Shown piece after piece: positions 24,712-37,881 of a stretch of DNA of 64,000 bases. Below the pieces are notes generated by a model. That model saw nothing but the letters and a program-made list of their open reading frames with translations, ran no database searches and was not told the DNA's origin. Numbering within the stretch: the first letter of the stretch is position 1; each line of letters starts with the position of its first letter. The position numbers and the translations under genes are program-made. The stretch is from Yuukianura sp. NJ FZ-2021 (lineage: Eukaryota), in contig CM102284.1 in the NCBI GenBank assembly GCA_046563655.1, positions 1,674,001-1,738,000 on the forward strand. Direction: 5' to 3'.

Positions 24712-27700
24712 CAGGGTTCGTAAAAAGACGTCAATTTCGGGGAAGTGACACAAATAACATAAATTAACTAAAATACGTAAGTTACACAACCTTGAAATAG
24801 TACTGTTGGACGCCGCATCATCACAAAATCAATAATAAATTAGCTACGTATAGAGGTTGGAATATAGTACACTGTTTTAAGGAATATGAAACAAAACAAC
24901 AAAAGGCGACAGAGAGGCGACAACTGACCTGTTTAAAAATTTACCTGTTCTCTAACTTTTTGACGTGACCAAATTTTTAAAAATTCACTTGTACACTTAC
25001 TTTTTGAGGATTTGGAATTTTGAAAAATTCAGCTGAAATTCAACTTTTGGATATATTTGCCTTGCCGAGGATTCACGCGTAACTCTACCCTCTTGAAATG
25101 TTGGTCTCGTGAAAAATTTACCTGTTCTCTAACTTTTTGACGTGACCAAATTTTTAAAAATTCACTTGTACACTTACTTTTTGAGGATTTGGAATTTTGA
25201 AAAATTCAGCTGAAATTCAACTTTTGGATATATTTGCCTTGCCGAGGATTCACGCGTAACTCTACCGTCTTGAAATGTTGGTCTCGTGAAAAATTGACCT
25301 GTTCTCTAACTTTTTGACGTGACCAAATTTTTAAAAATTCACTTGTACACTTACTTTTTGAGGATTTGGAATTTTGAAAAATTCAGCTGAAATTCAACTT
25401 TTGGATATATTTGCCTTGCCGAGGATTCACGCGTAACTCTACCCTCTTGAAATGTTGGTCTCGTGAAAAATTGACCTGTTCTCTAACTTTTTGACGTGAC
25501 CAAATTTTTAAAAATTCACTTGTACACTTACTTTTTGAGGATTTGGAATTTTGAAAAATTCAGCTGAAATTCAACTTTTGGATATATTTGCCTTGCCGAG
25601 GATTCACGCGTAACTCTACCCTCTTGAAATGTTGGTCTCGTGAAAAATTTACCTGTTCTCTAACTTTTTGACGTGACCAAATTTTTAAAAATTCACTTGT
25701 ACACTTACTTTTTGAGGATTTGGAATTTTGAAAAATTCAGCTGAAATTCAACTTTTGGATATATTTGCCTTGCCGAGGATTCACGCGTAACTCTACCCTC
25801 TTGAAATGTTGGTCTCGTGAAAAATTGACCTGTTCTCTAACTTTTTGACGTGACCAAATTTTTAAAAATTCACTTGTACACTTACTTTTTGAGGATTTGG
25901 AATTTTGAAAAATTCAGCTGAAATTCAACTTTTGGATATATTTGCCTTGCCGAGGATTCACGCGTAACTCTACCCTCTTGAAATGTTGGTCTCGTGAAAA
26001 ATTGACCTGTTCTCTAACTTTTTGACGTGACCAAATTTTTAAAAATTCACTTGTACACTTACTTTTTGAGGATTTGGAATTTTGAAAAATTCAGCTGAAA
26101 TTCAACTTTTGGATATATTTGCCTTGCCGAGGATTCACGCGTAACTCTACCCTCTTGAAATGTTGGTCTCGTGAAAAATTTACCTGTTCTCTAACTTTTT
26201 GACGTGACCAAATTTTTAAAAATTCACTTGTACACTTACTTTTTGAGGATTTGGAATTTTGAAAAATTCAGCTGAAATTCAACTTTTGGATATATTTGCC
26301 TTGCCGAGGATTCACGCGTAACTCTACCCTCTTGAAATGTTGGTCTCGTGAAAAATTGACCTGTTCTCTAACTTTTTGACGTGACCAAATTTTTAAAAAT
26401 TCACTTGTACACTTACTTTTTGAGGATTTGGAATTTTGAAAAATTCAGCTGAAATTCAACTTTTGGATATATTTGCCTTGCCGAGGATTCACGCGTAACT
26501 CTACCCTCTTGAAATGTTGGTCTCGTGAAAAATTGACCTGTTCTCTAACTTTTTGACGTGACCAAATTTTTAAAAATTCACTTGTACACTTACTTTTTGA
26601 GGATTTGGAATTTTGAAAAATTCAGCTGAAATTCAACTTTTGGATATATTTGCCTTGCCGAGGATTCACGCGTAACTCTACCGTCTTGAAATGTTGGTCT
26701 CGTGAAAAATTTACCTGTTCTCTAACGTTTTGACGTGACCAAATTTTTAAAAATTCACTTGTACACTTACTTTTTGAGGATTTGGAATTTTGAAAAATTC
26801 AGCTGAAATTCAACTTTTGGATATATTTGCCTTGCCGAGGATTCACGCGTAACTCTACCGTCTTGAAATGTTGGTCTCGTGAAAAATTGACCTGTTCTCT
26901 AACTTTTTGACGTGACCAAATTTTTAAAAATTCACTTGTACACTTACTTTTTGAGGATTTGGAATTTTGAAAAATTCAGCTGAAATTCAACTTTTGGATA
27001 TATTTGCCTTGCCGAGGATTCACGCGTAACTCTACCCTCTTGAAATGTTGGTCTCGTGAAAAATTGACCTGTTCTCTAACTTTTTGACGTGACCAAATTT
27101 TTAAAAATTCACTTGTACACTTACTTTTTGAGGATTTGGAATTTTGAAAAATTCAGCTGAAATTCAACTTTTGGATATATTTGCCTTGCCGAGGATTCAC
27201 GCGTAACTCTACCCTCTTGAAATGTTGGTCTCGTGAAAAATTGACCTGTTCTCTAACTTTTTGACGTGACCAAATTTTTAAAAATTCACTTGTACACTTA
27301 CTTTTTGAGGATTTGGAATTTTGAAAAATTCAGCTGAAATTCAACTTTTGGATATATTTGCCTTGCCGAGGATTCACGCGTAACTCTACCGTCTTGAAAT
27401 GTTGGTCTCGTGAAAAATTGACCTGTTCTCTAACTTTTTGACGTGACCAAATTTTTAAAAATTCACTTGTACACTTACTTTTTGAGGATTTGGAATTTTG
27501 AAAAATTCAGCTGAAATTCAACTTTTGGATATATTTGCCTTGCCGAGGATTCACGCGTAACTCTACCCTCTTGAAATGTTGGTCTCGTGAAAAATTTACC
27601 TGTTCTCTAACTTTTTGACGTGACCAAATTTTTAAAAATTCACTTGTACACTTACTTTTTGAGGATTTGGAATTTTGAAAAATTCAGCTGAAATTCAACT

Positions 27701-27859
27701 TTTGGATTATTTGTTTTCAGTGGAAGGCGCCATCACATGTGTGTACGGAAGGAATAGTTGAAAATGACATAAATTACATCCCCTTTGAATATGACGTATA
27801 TGACTTATGTAATTTACGTAACTTACATTAGGTACATAAATTACAATTTACGAACCCTG
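24712..27859. mobile_element. hAT-like non-autonomous transposon enclosing a satellite array
   Basis: 13-bp TIRs CAGGGTTCGTAAA (24712) and TTTACGAACCCTG (ending 27859). 8-bp flanking duplication CGGCAAAA / CGGCAGAA with one mismatch. Subterminal ACATAAATTA and TACGTAA motifs occur near both ends. Confidence 0.8.
24935..27707. repeat. 177-bp tandem satellite, ~15.7 nearly identical copies
   Basis: AAAAATT(T/G)ACCTGTTCTCTAAC recurs at 24935, 25112, 25289 ... 27590. I saw only three variable positions. Confidence 0.98.
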
Positions 27860-28278
27860 CGGCAGAATATTTAGCGTGTTAGTTTAACGTAATGAAATTG
27901 GTAGACTAGAAGCACCACAATTTATTTATTTTTTATCCCTAAATGAAATTTTTTGGCAAGAGTAACACAATTTATGAGAATAATTCGAAAAAAAAACTGC
28001 GTAACTTAAGCCGACTGGTTTTGGAAACTAAACTGCTAAGTATTCCCTATGTCAGTTTTAGTCCCTATTATTGTCTGACACTCGAAGATTCTATGAAGAA
28101 GACTGTAGAATGGCTGGTTTGGAATTTGTGACACGCGTTCCAACATTAACTAATTGATGATTCAAGGAACTAATCATTGCGTCACCTTGACCTGCCCCCT
28201 GGAGGTTACTTGCACCATGGCAACTTGCTGCTACGTTAAGTACTACTGTTTTGAGATTCAAAAGTCGTTTTTATCCCA

Positions 28279-30405
28279 TTACAAGCCCTTGTTGTAGTAG
28301 ACGACCGATGGGGCATTTGGAGATTGTCGAATTCGCTCCTGCAAGGACACAAAAACATCTTTGAATGAATTTTTGAGAAAATTTTCATTTTTTTTGGAAA
28401 ACTACTTATGTTTTTGGAAATTAGTTCGGACGTACCTGCAATTCTGGTTCCAACTTGGACACTGCGATTGAAGACTTCTGTGGAAAGAGGGCACAGCACA
28501 TGGGCGTGGCAAATGTTAAACAGAATCCACAGAGTAGAACTTGAAGTGGAGCCCCCAACATTGGGTAACGCGCAAGCGTCCCGCGACGTTCAAGTCGATC
28601 CATCAAAATTGGCGGGAAAACTAAAACAAAAATATTTTTTTACCAAAAGTGAAGCCAAAAATATGAAAGTATCACCAAAGTTAAAGCAACTAAACAACAT
28701 AAAATAAAGGGTGTCCCGACATTAGGAAAATGATGCTAAATGCTAATTCGACCCAGTATTAATGGCAAATTAGCACACAGTTACAAAAGCACAAAAGTTA
28801 GAAGTAAATTGTGTTAAATTGCTAAAGTTAATTAAATAGTAATTAATTGTTAGTGATTAAGTGAACAGTCCTAGAGCAGCGTGAGTGATATTGGTTGTGT
28901 CATGTACTCATGCTGGGTATAGCCATGGCTATGCGAGACAGCACCACTTGAGTAATGCCCGACTGTGCTGCCACCACGGAATTTCCAAAGCGATTCCCTT
29001 CAGCGTCACTAACCAGCGTCCCATCGTTTAATTCCCTGGAAGCAGATAAGCAAACATGGAAAAATAAAAAATAGCCCCGTTAGCTACTTAAAACAAAAAA
29101 AAAATTTTGTACTCATTCCCGGTGCGGCCATCAGAATACGACTGAGGACGACTGAGGCAATGCCAATTTGAGCGGCAACTTTTGAGTCTCCCAACCTCTC
29201 GCCAGTTTCATTTACCACTGGAATTCCACCTGACAGCTCTCTAACACCCAGTTCAATAGTAGAAATTAATCAATCGATTACTCTGGATTGTTTACGTTAT
29301 GCTCACTCCATGGAGGAAATTCCAACTGACATTAAATCGTAACCCTGATTTCAAAAAAATACTTTCTGGAAAATACTAAACCTGACTCAGGTTGTCTATT
29401 TGATAATGTGGAAACATTAAACTGAAAACCCATGTTAACATTTTCGCAAAAGGACTCACTTCATTCGCATCATTGGGATATTGACACAGTTGGCAGCGGC
29501 TACTGCAGCAAATGGAACCCATCTTCCAATCAACGGAGGAGCTTTCTGAAAAGTGTAAACAGAAATATTGAGTTCATGAATGTGGAACAATCAAACCTAA
29601 CCAAGATTTTTAAGTTTCAAGTTAGAAAAAGTACCTTGACTAAACTGTTGAGTCCAAGGGCGGTTGCCAGAGCTCCACCAGTAGCTAGTACGTAAGAAGT
29701 TCCCAGTTGCCTAAGTTGAAAAATTAAAAAAATTCGGCAGCTTAAGAATTTTATTTGAAAACAGAATCTGAAACTTGAACTTACGCTACGCTGATAGGAG
29801 AATCTCCGCTGCGATTGGAGTAATTCACAACGGCATTGAAGGACTGGTTAAACCATTGCCAGAAAACGACCGCCTGAGTGGACCTACCGATCATACATAA
29901 AAACCGTGCCATGACAAAAGCGGAACGAGACCAAATCACGGTGCTGGACGAAATCTTACTTGTAGAACGTAAGCATGCATCCAGTAATTGACATGTTCAT
30001 AGGAACTTGAGCTGACATTCGTCCAATCAAAACCATCTTCTCTCCAGTGTCCGGATGAAAGGCAGAGTCATAGACACTTTTTGCTCTCCAGAGATCATCT
30101 TCGGACAGATCCAACTTCTCTCCCTTCCTAAAATACAAATATCAATAAAACATCAATCAAAACAAATCCGGCAATTTGAATTATTGAATTACTGTCCAGG
30201 TAGAATAACAAATCGTAGATATTCGTTATCTTAAATTGCACACTCGCCTGTATCTCGTCACAATATCTTTGGACCTGTCCAATTCAGCTGACGAACACAG
30301 CAGGTTCATTGGATTGGTAGTGACAAAAAAGTGTTTAGCCCGTCCCCAGTAAGTGCTCTGATCCCATCGTGGTTCGTCGATGTTAATTCGCTTTTCCGTT
30401 GACAT
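28279..30405 (-). CDS. Sfxn1-3: Sideroflexin (SFXN1/3-like mitochondrial carrier)
   Basis: [101 protein letters not shown] and YNKGL* are all sideroflexin signatures. Non-coding exons probably extend upstream to ~30790. Confidence 0.97.
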
Positions 30406-31480
30406 GACTGCTTAATACTGTTGTCAATCTTTCGCAATCGAAATCTAATCGTCTATTCTCTCCTCTCGTACAGCGTCTGGGTCCGAAACAATCAAACCGC
30501 TCTAGCAAATCCTGTATTTGCACAGTGAAAGGAACGGGATTATTCTGAATCTATAAGTCAAAATACAAGTTATTAAAATCATATTGACTTAATCAGCGAA
30601 TCAGCCGATTAACCATGAAATACCTTGGACAATGGACAAGCATACACACAGCAATCAATCCACGCAGCTGTTCACCTTCTGCGTTGCTTACATAACTACT
30701 ATAGCTAAAATACTGTTAATCCAATACTATTCGACCTAAATTAATCGACTACAGAAGTGTCAATTAATTAGGAATTTTAACGATTTACTCGCCAATAAAT
30801 GGCGAATATCCCTTCCTCCTCTCCGGTTGATTTTTTGTGTAGATTTGACGATTGATTTGAGAGTTCAATAATTTTTAGCTGAGTTCGCGCGTTTCATCTT
30901 TTTGGGGCGTGAATGTCGCTAAGTTCCAAACTCAATAGCGTGAAGCAATAGTTTGAAACAAAATAAGAATAATATATTTATATGTTATTACATAAATACT
31001 ATCTATAGAAAAATGTATATTAATGTAACCTTATGAAGCTTCCAGTTCAATCTTATGGGGCCAACGTGGCAACTGACACTGTCTATCAAAGAATGTCAAG
31101 CACTGTGATGCTGATACATTTCTTGTTCTTTAGAAAAGTGGACCAAGTTGAAAGCCAAGACCTTGAAAGTTCATTTGAGTCAAACTTTATCCAAAGTTAA
31201 CGTGACCTTTGACATGGTCGAATCTAATCACTCAATTCCTGCCTACTTTCATCCGTTTCTGCAGTTGAAATTCTGTTTCAAACGTTTCTGGCTTAAAAAT
31301 TGTGCAGAGATTTCATCAAATGAAAATAATTCTTGCGCTCACTCCGTTTCCCCGAAAAATTAATTTTTATTTCCAGTCTACTTTTGCATTTATTTTTTTC
31401 AATTTTAGTTTTTTTGAAACTTCAGAATCTGTGTTAAAATGAAGCCATTTTTTGAGCTGTAAGCAATTGAATAGTGGATC

Positions 31481-31754
31481 TCATGCTGAACTTGTGTCAA
31501 CACATTCGTATTGAGCAGGACAAGGAGCCCGGAAGCAGTTGACAGTTTTTTGTCGACAAATTTTTCCAGCATCGCATTTCACAGAAGCACATCCGTCCTT
31601 TTCTGAAAAAAAAATTAAATTTACTTTACAGCTTAAATTTTTACGACCCTCAGCCCTCAAATTTTTAGAGCGAAAATTAATTTATACCTGAATTAGTTGC
31701 CATTGAAATTCCAATAAGCAGTACAAAAAATAATACTACTGTTGCACACTTCAT
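31481..31754 (-). CDS. Small secreted Cys-rich peptide (62 aa), protease-inhibitor-like
   Basis: Two exons (31754-31688, 31602-31481) encode MKCATVVLFFVLLIGISMATNS-EKDGCASVKCDAGKNCRQKTVNCFRAPCPAQYECVDTSSA*, with canonical splice sites and six Cys in the mature part. Confidence 0.8.
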
Positions 31755-32657
31755 TTTTTGTGAATGTAAAAATTTCGACAACCGAAAAAATTTTAGCTTC
31801 CTTTGCACAGAAAAATCAATTTACTGTGACAAATTTATGAATTTATGAACTTTATCAACGTCAAATTATATCCAGAAAGTGTACAGTAATTGGATAGTCG
31901 AAACTAATTGACACGAAATGGGTTTCGTGAGAGATTAAACCTAATTTAACAATTACTTTGTATGCTTCCGCGCTCTGATCATTTTCCAAAGACTCAAAAC
32001 CTCAATTTTGTTTTTCATATTATTCCTTACTTGCACGATTAATAAGATAGGGAGAGAGGCACGAAAACCTGGAAAAAAAGTCAGCATTAAAAAAATTTGC
32101 TCTAACTCAATTGTGAATCGAAAAAATGAGCCCACAAAAGAGCCCGAAAAAATTGCCCACACTCTCTTAGAAATTTCATCATTTTTTTAATCGATGGTTT
32201 TCAAATTGCATCAAACTTGCTGCTTTTCTGGTTTGTAGCGTCGGTTAATATGCGAAACTACTAGTGAAGTAGTGATATTCATCAACGAAGTTATCGCTCA
32301 ATTCACTAGAATCTTAAATTAACCTCACAGCTCAGTCCAATAGAATCCAAATTAAATTTTTTTTACTACTTTTCCATATTGAACTGAAGACAAACACACA
32401 CAGTTAATTTTTTATTACTCACCTGAAACAAACTTAACTTCTCACTGAGTAGAAATGAAATTCTTTCTTCCAATTTTCCGTTTTTGTTGAAATGTAATTT
32501 TGAAAACGATCCCATAATAGAATCATTTCAAATCAAAATTGCCCCGAACCAAAATGGAATTGAATTGGTTTTCTACCGTCACTACTCTTCGATGAATCTG
32601 TTCGTAAAGTTGAGTTGCTTATTTGTAAAGGTTTTGCACGGACGTTTTTGTAACTTT

Positions 32658-33883
32658 ATGAGAAAATTTGCAAAACCGAATACAATGGTGGTCTGTGAAC
32701 ATACTCGGGTTGTGACCTTGTATTCCAAATTGTTCAAAATTTTGAAAACTTTTGGTACAATGATTTTTGAATTTGACCCTAAATGCTGTACTGTCGTACC
32801 AGCTCAATCAAGGTTGTTCAAAATTTACTTTTTCGTGAATTTCTTTATCGTGGCATCCATTGGCGTTAAACAACTTGTCTTGATTGGTAGAAATATTTTC
32901 ACAAACTTCCAATATGATACAATTCGAAATGGCTATTTGTTTCAAATTTTGTGGATTTTTGGATTTTGTACTATCAACTTGTTCTTCATCAACCAGAGTC
33001 TAATGTACAAAAGAATTTCAGAAACAACAACAATGTGGATTCAAATTGAGAAGCTTCTCACAGGTAAAACGAAAATACAAAAATAGCAATTATTTAAACT
33101 AATTAAATAATATTTTTTTAAGACAAATTTAATTTCAACGTCAATTGGAAAAGAGATCTCCTATTGTTGAAAATTCGGTTTGGATTTTATGCCGTTGGCG
33201 GAATCGGAATTATGTTTACACTGAGTGCACTCAATGCTTGGATGCCAAATTTCCCGCCATTTTTGAATTCTCTGATTTCCTGCTGCGCAACTCCAACACA
33301 AATGCTGCTGCGTTTGGTCTTATGCATGTTAGAAATTTACGGGATTCTGGTTGGATGGACCATCCTATCGGGTTACGACATTCTAATTTGCACAATGTGC
33401 GTTAGCATTGCCAATTCACTGTCGCTGATACAAGGTCACCGAACAAGAGTGACCTTTGACCTTGACCAGTTCAACGACTACAAACGCCTAGAGCTACTCG
33501 TTGTACAACTAAATGCAACTTTTGGATCAATCATATTTTGGGACGACGTGCTTAGTTTTGGAATCAATGTGTTCCTCATCTACGGCGCAATTCAGCAGCG
33601 ACATTCTATTATTTTGGTGCTATTTTTCACAGCGGCTGGACTTGCAATGAGCGGACGCGTTTTCCTAAGATTTTTGCCAATGGCACAAGTTTTTGCAAAA
33701 TCGAAACAATTCCGGACGAAAATACGAAGTGGACTGAGTCGCCGTGACATTGGCTGGAAACGGATTCACGCCTGTCGTGGATTCCGTATTCGTCCTTTGC
33801 AGACTCACACTGTCACGCACATCACTCTACTAGAGTATCTTCTGTTCACATTTTCATATGTGATTGCAATTTTACAAATTTAG
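32658..33883 (+). CDS. Gustatory-receptor-like 7TM chemoreceptor
   Basis: Two exons (to 33063, CAG|GTAAAA; from 33123) give ~390 aa with multiple TM segments, YKRLELLVVQLNATF and a basic loop before the last TM. The start codon could also be 32592 or 32684. Confidence 0.75.
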
Positions 33884-34195
33884 GAGAGCAGCTTAGCATC
33901 ATACGTTTTTTGGGAGTGACAGCGCACAAAAGAAGTAGATATCATGGTTGAGATGGTTTCCTTTAATATGGTCAACAACAATTTGGTCAAAAAGTGAAAA
34001 GGTAAAAGCAAAAACTGAGGATCACATATACAAAAATCTACCTTACCCAAACCTAAAGTGCTATTTGTAGCGGTTGGCCTTTTCACATTTTGATCACATT
34101 ATTTTGACCATGTCACCTGCGACGGTTGAGAAGGTGGAATTCCAATTCATTTTATTTTAATTCCAAAATAAGTAGAAATGAATTTGCGAAAATTT

Positions 34196-35919
34196 TCAGT
34201 TAAATTCTTTACAGAGTTGTTGAAATTCGGCATTCATTTTTTCACGAGTTGTGTCCACGAGGGAATTAATTTCTTCCAACTTCAATCCTTCAGTTGGAAC
34301 TGGATCCAGAATTGACACAGCAATTTTTCCTTTTCAAGGAAACAAAACAACACATGATTAGTAAAACGTGAACTCTTTTTAACTATAGACTCAACTTTGT
34401 TTTAAATTGTGCAGTTATAAAATTTTTAACTTCTAAAAAATCATAAAAACATCGTAAGTACCGGTTCCGAATATTTTTTGTTCATGGTCTACGAAGTTTG
34501 CTGGTGAAATCACAATTGGCACAATTGGTAGTTTGTTTTCATGGGCAATGTGAAAAGCGCCTTTTTTAAATGGAAGCAACGACGTTCCTTTGTTTCGGGT
34601 TCCTTCAGGAAAAATGAGTATTTTCACCTGCATTTATCAAGCATCCATATATCAATATACTATATTATGTATGGTATTAATACTATATTGAGTATTTATA
34701 TTACATACTATTACATATATTATATACTATTATGCATTCTACTTATATTAATTTAAATAATTTAACTTTTAAGTTAATTATAATTAAGCAGACCAAGTCC
34801 ACAACAAGTTGTTCTGCTCTTTACATTAGTATTGTCCTCTGAGAATTTTGCCAATTTGTCAGCAATTTCCTGTTGAGCTTTAGGTCCATTCGATCGGTCA
34901 ATAAAAATGACACGACAGAGCCAACCAGTAGGAAACATGTACATCAAAATTTTCTTGGCAATGAACGTTAGGCTTCTGTTTTTGCATACACCGACGACAG
35001 CCACAACAGCTGAAACCAACAGAACCCAATACCTTGAAATAAGTTTACGTAACATCCAAATTTAGTAATGTTAAAATTCGGTCGAAGTAAACGCAGGCTC
35101 CCCTCCTGTACCCACCAGTTCAAATTTTCGCACAGTTCTACCAACCCACTGTGCCCATCTGATGGGTACATTTGCACCCACCACTACTCATCCGATCTTG
35201 CGAAAAGCGCCTTCACAATTAACTGACGTCTCAAAATGACATGCGTCAGCGATTTTGGTATGACGCATAACCGGTTCACACGTTTTCAGTGCGAATTCAG
35301 ATGCTGCGTCCAAATTTCATTCGATTGCAGTCATTGGGAATCAGACTCTTTCCACCTGGCGCTAGATGGACGTATGCTTTTGGATTTTGGTGGGTATAAA
35401 TGCCATCCGATGCATACAATTAGAGCAGCTTGAAAATTTGAACGGATGGGAATACGCAGCGAGCCGAATATTACTTTAATCGAAATTTCAGTTTTAAATT
35501 GCCTGTTTTCCAACTTACCCAAAGCATCTAAGCAAGTTTGGTGATTGAAAATCATGACACACGAAAAGTCAGTTTCCAGTACATTTTTCCCGCGTACCTC
35601 CCATTCTATCCCAAGTATTTTTGACAGTGGCAAAAGATACGGATAAAACACACTAAGATAAAAAATATACAAAGTCATAAAATGTATTTTTAAAATAAAC
35701 AGAATTAGAAGATTAGAAAATGAAAAGAAAGCTTTACCCAACATTCCGTTTCTTTTTTGGCATCAACAAAATGATTGGCAAAGCAATTGCTCCGAGGACG
35801 ATAAAGTAGATTTGAAAAAACACAAATTTTGCGTAGTAGTACACAACACTCGAATTCCGTTTGAAACTAACCCAACTCAGGAAAAGAACCAATATCCAAA
35901 TCCAAGTTGACAATTCCAT
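34196..35919 (-). CDS. 1-acyl-sn-glycerol-3-phosphate acyltransferase (AGPAT/LPAAT), copy A
   Basis: Five exons carrying motifs NHQTCLD, FIDR, FPEGTRN and LLPFKKGAFH. Confidence 0.93.
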
Positions 35920-36065
35920 TTCCTTTCAAAAAGCGTCTAAATTTTCGAAATGATACAGTTGAACTGAATCCCTACTGACACAACTTCGGTAGAATTTTGC
36001 GAGCTACTTTGGGAAAAATAGAGAAAAGGGTGATTTTATGATTTTAGTAGACTTGTCAAATGAAC

Positions 36066-36247
36066 CAACTGGGAAAAGATATTGAAAAATTACCACACGC
36101 TCCTGGAAATAGTAAGATTTGTACGTCAACTGTTGAATCTGACATAAAGTTTGCTACAAGCGAACTCAACTGTTAGATGCAACAGTTGACGTAGAAGTCC
36201 TATTATTTCCAGGACCGTGTAGTAATTTTTTAATATTTTCCCAGTTG
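36066..36247. repeat. Long imperfect inverted repeat (foldback) upstream of AGPAT copy A
   Basis: CAACTGGGAAAA...CCTGGAAATAGTA...TACGTCAACTGTTG pairs with CAACAGTTGACGTA...TATTATTTCCAGG...TTTTCCCAGTTG. Confidence 0.75.
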
Positions 36248-36638
36248 TTGTACTGTGCACTTTTACACCAAGTTAAAAAAAGGGGAATCGAGTACTAGTA
36301 TTTAAGTTCATTTTAAAACTCAAATTAGCACTTTAACTCACGCATGCGAGTTTGAGTAGCTTGAAACTTGGACACTTTAGCAAATTTTAACTTTTGATTA
36401 ACTTAAATTATAATCAGTTTTTAATTTGGACGGTTTTGGAATTGTCGACTTTTGAAATTGTCGTCTTTTGGATTGTCGGCTCTGACCAGGAACCGACCAA
36501 CTTAGGACTAATTCCTTTTTCCCGAGTGACAACGGGCAAAAAGGTAATATGATTGTTGAGAAGATGCGATTCTACTTTGTTTTACTTTAATTACAAAATA
36601 ATGATAAACTTTTTTTTTGCTCGCAAGGAACAAAATTT

Positions 36639-37881
36639 TCAGTTAAACTCTTTACAGAGTTTTTGAAATTCGGTATTCATTTTTTCACGAGTCGTGTCTA
36701 CAAGGGAATTAATATCTTCCAACTTCAATCCTTCAGTTGGAATAGGATCCAGAATTGACACTGCAATTTTTCCTATTCAAAGAAAAAATACAACACAGGA
36801 TTACTAAAACGTCAAATCTTTTTAACTTTACACTCAACTTTTTTAAAAATTATGTAGATATAAAATTTTTAACTTGTAAAAAAATCATAAAATATTGTAA
36901 GTACCAGTTCCAAATATTTTTTGTTCATGGTTGACGAAGTTTGTTGGTGAAATCACAATTGGTACAATTGGTAACTTGTTTTGATGGGCAATGTGGAAAG
37001 CGCCTTTTTTAAATGGAAGCAACGACGTTCCTTTGTTACGGGTTCCTTCAGGAAAAATGACTATTTTCATCTGCATTATAAATCAATAAAAGTATATTAA
37101 TATATTATACATTGATTTAAATATTTCAACTTTGTTAATTATAATTTAAATAGACCATATCCACAACAAATTTTTGTGTTCTTTACATTGACATTGTCTT
37201 CTGCGAATTTTGCCAATTTGTCAGCAATTTCCTGTTGCGCTTTAGGTCCATTAGATCTGTCTATAAAAATGACATGACAAAGCCAACCTGCATATCCTGG
37301 AGGAAATACGTACATCAATATTTTCTTGGCAATGAACGTTAAGTTTTTGCCTTTCGATGCATTTATGACTTCCACAACAGCTGAAACCAACAGAACTCAA
37401 TACCTTGAAATAAGCTTACATTAAAAAAGTTTTTGTAAAATTTCAGATTCTGTAGTTTTAAATTTCAATTTTAATTACCTGTGTTTTCCAACTTACCCAA
37501 AGCGTCTAAGCAAGTTTGATGATTGAAAATGATGACACACGGGAAGTCAGTTTCCAGAACATTTTTACCGCGTATCTCCCATTCGATACCGAGAATCTTC
37601 GATAGTGGCAGAAGATACGGAAAAAACACTCTAAAATGAAAAAAACACAATTATCAAATGCATTTTCAGAATTTTTTGAAATAAAATACTTGAAACTTTT
37701 ACCCAACATTCCGTTTCTTTTTTGGCGTCAAGAAAATGATGGGTAAAGCAACTGCTCCGAGTACGATAAAGTAGATTTGAAAAAACACAAATTTTGCGTA
37801 GTACACAACACTCGAGTTCCGTTTGAAACTAACCCAAGTCACGAGAAGAACCAATATCCAAATCCAACTTGAAAATTCCAT
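36639..37881 (-). CDS. 1-acyl-sn-glycerol-3-phosphate acyltransferase (AGPAT/LPAAT), copy B
   Basis: Same five-exon structure and motifs as copy A; tandem duplicate. Confidence 0.93.

Noticed and set aside
24935-27707. CRISPR array
   Set aside because: The units are contiguous, near-identical 177-bp monomers with no unique spacers, there are no cas genes, and the context is eukaryotic.
35090-35470. Transposon call for the extra intron segment in AGPAT copy A
   Set aside because: Only a weak 7-8-bp terminal match (GGCTCSCT) and no clear TSD; recorded only as an insertion.
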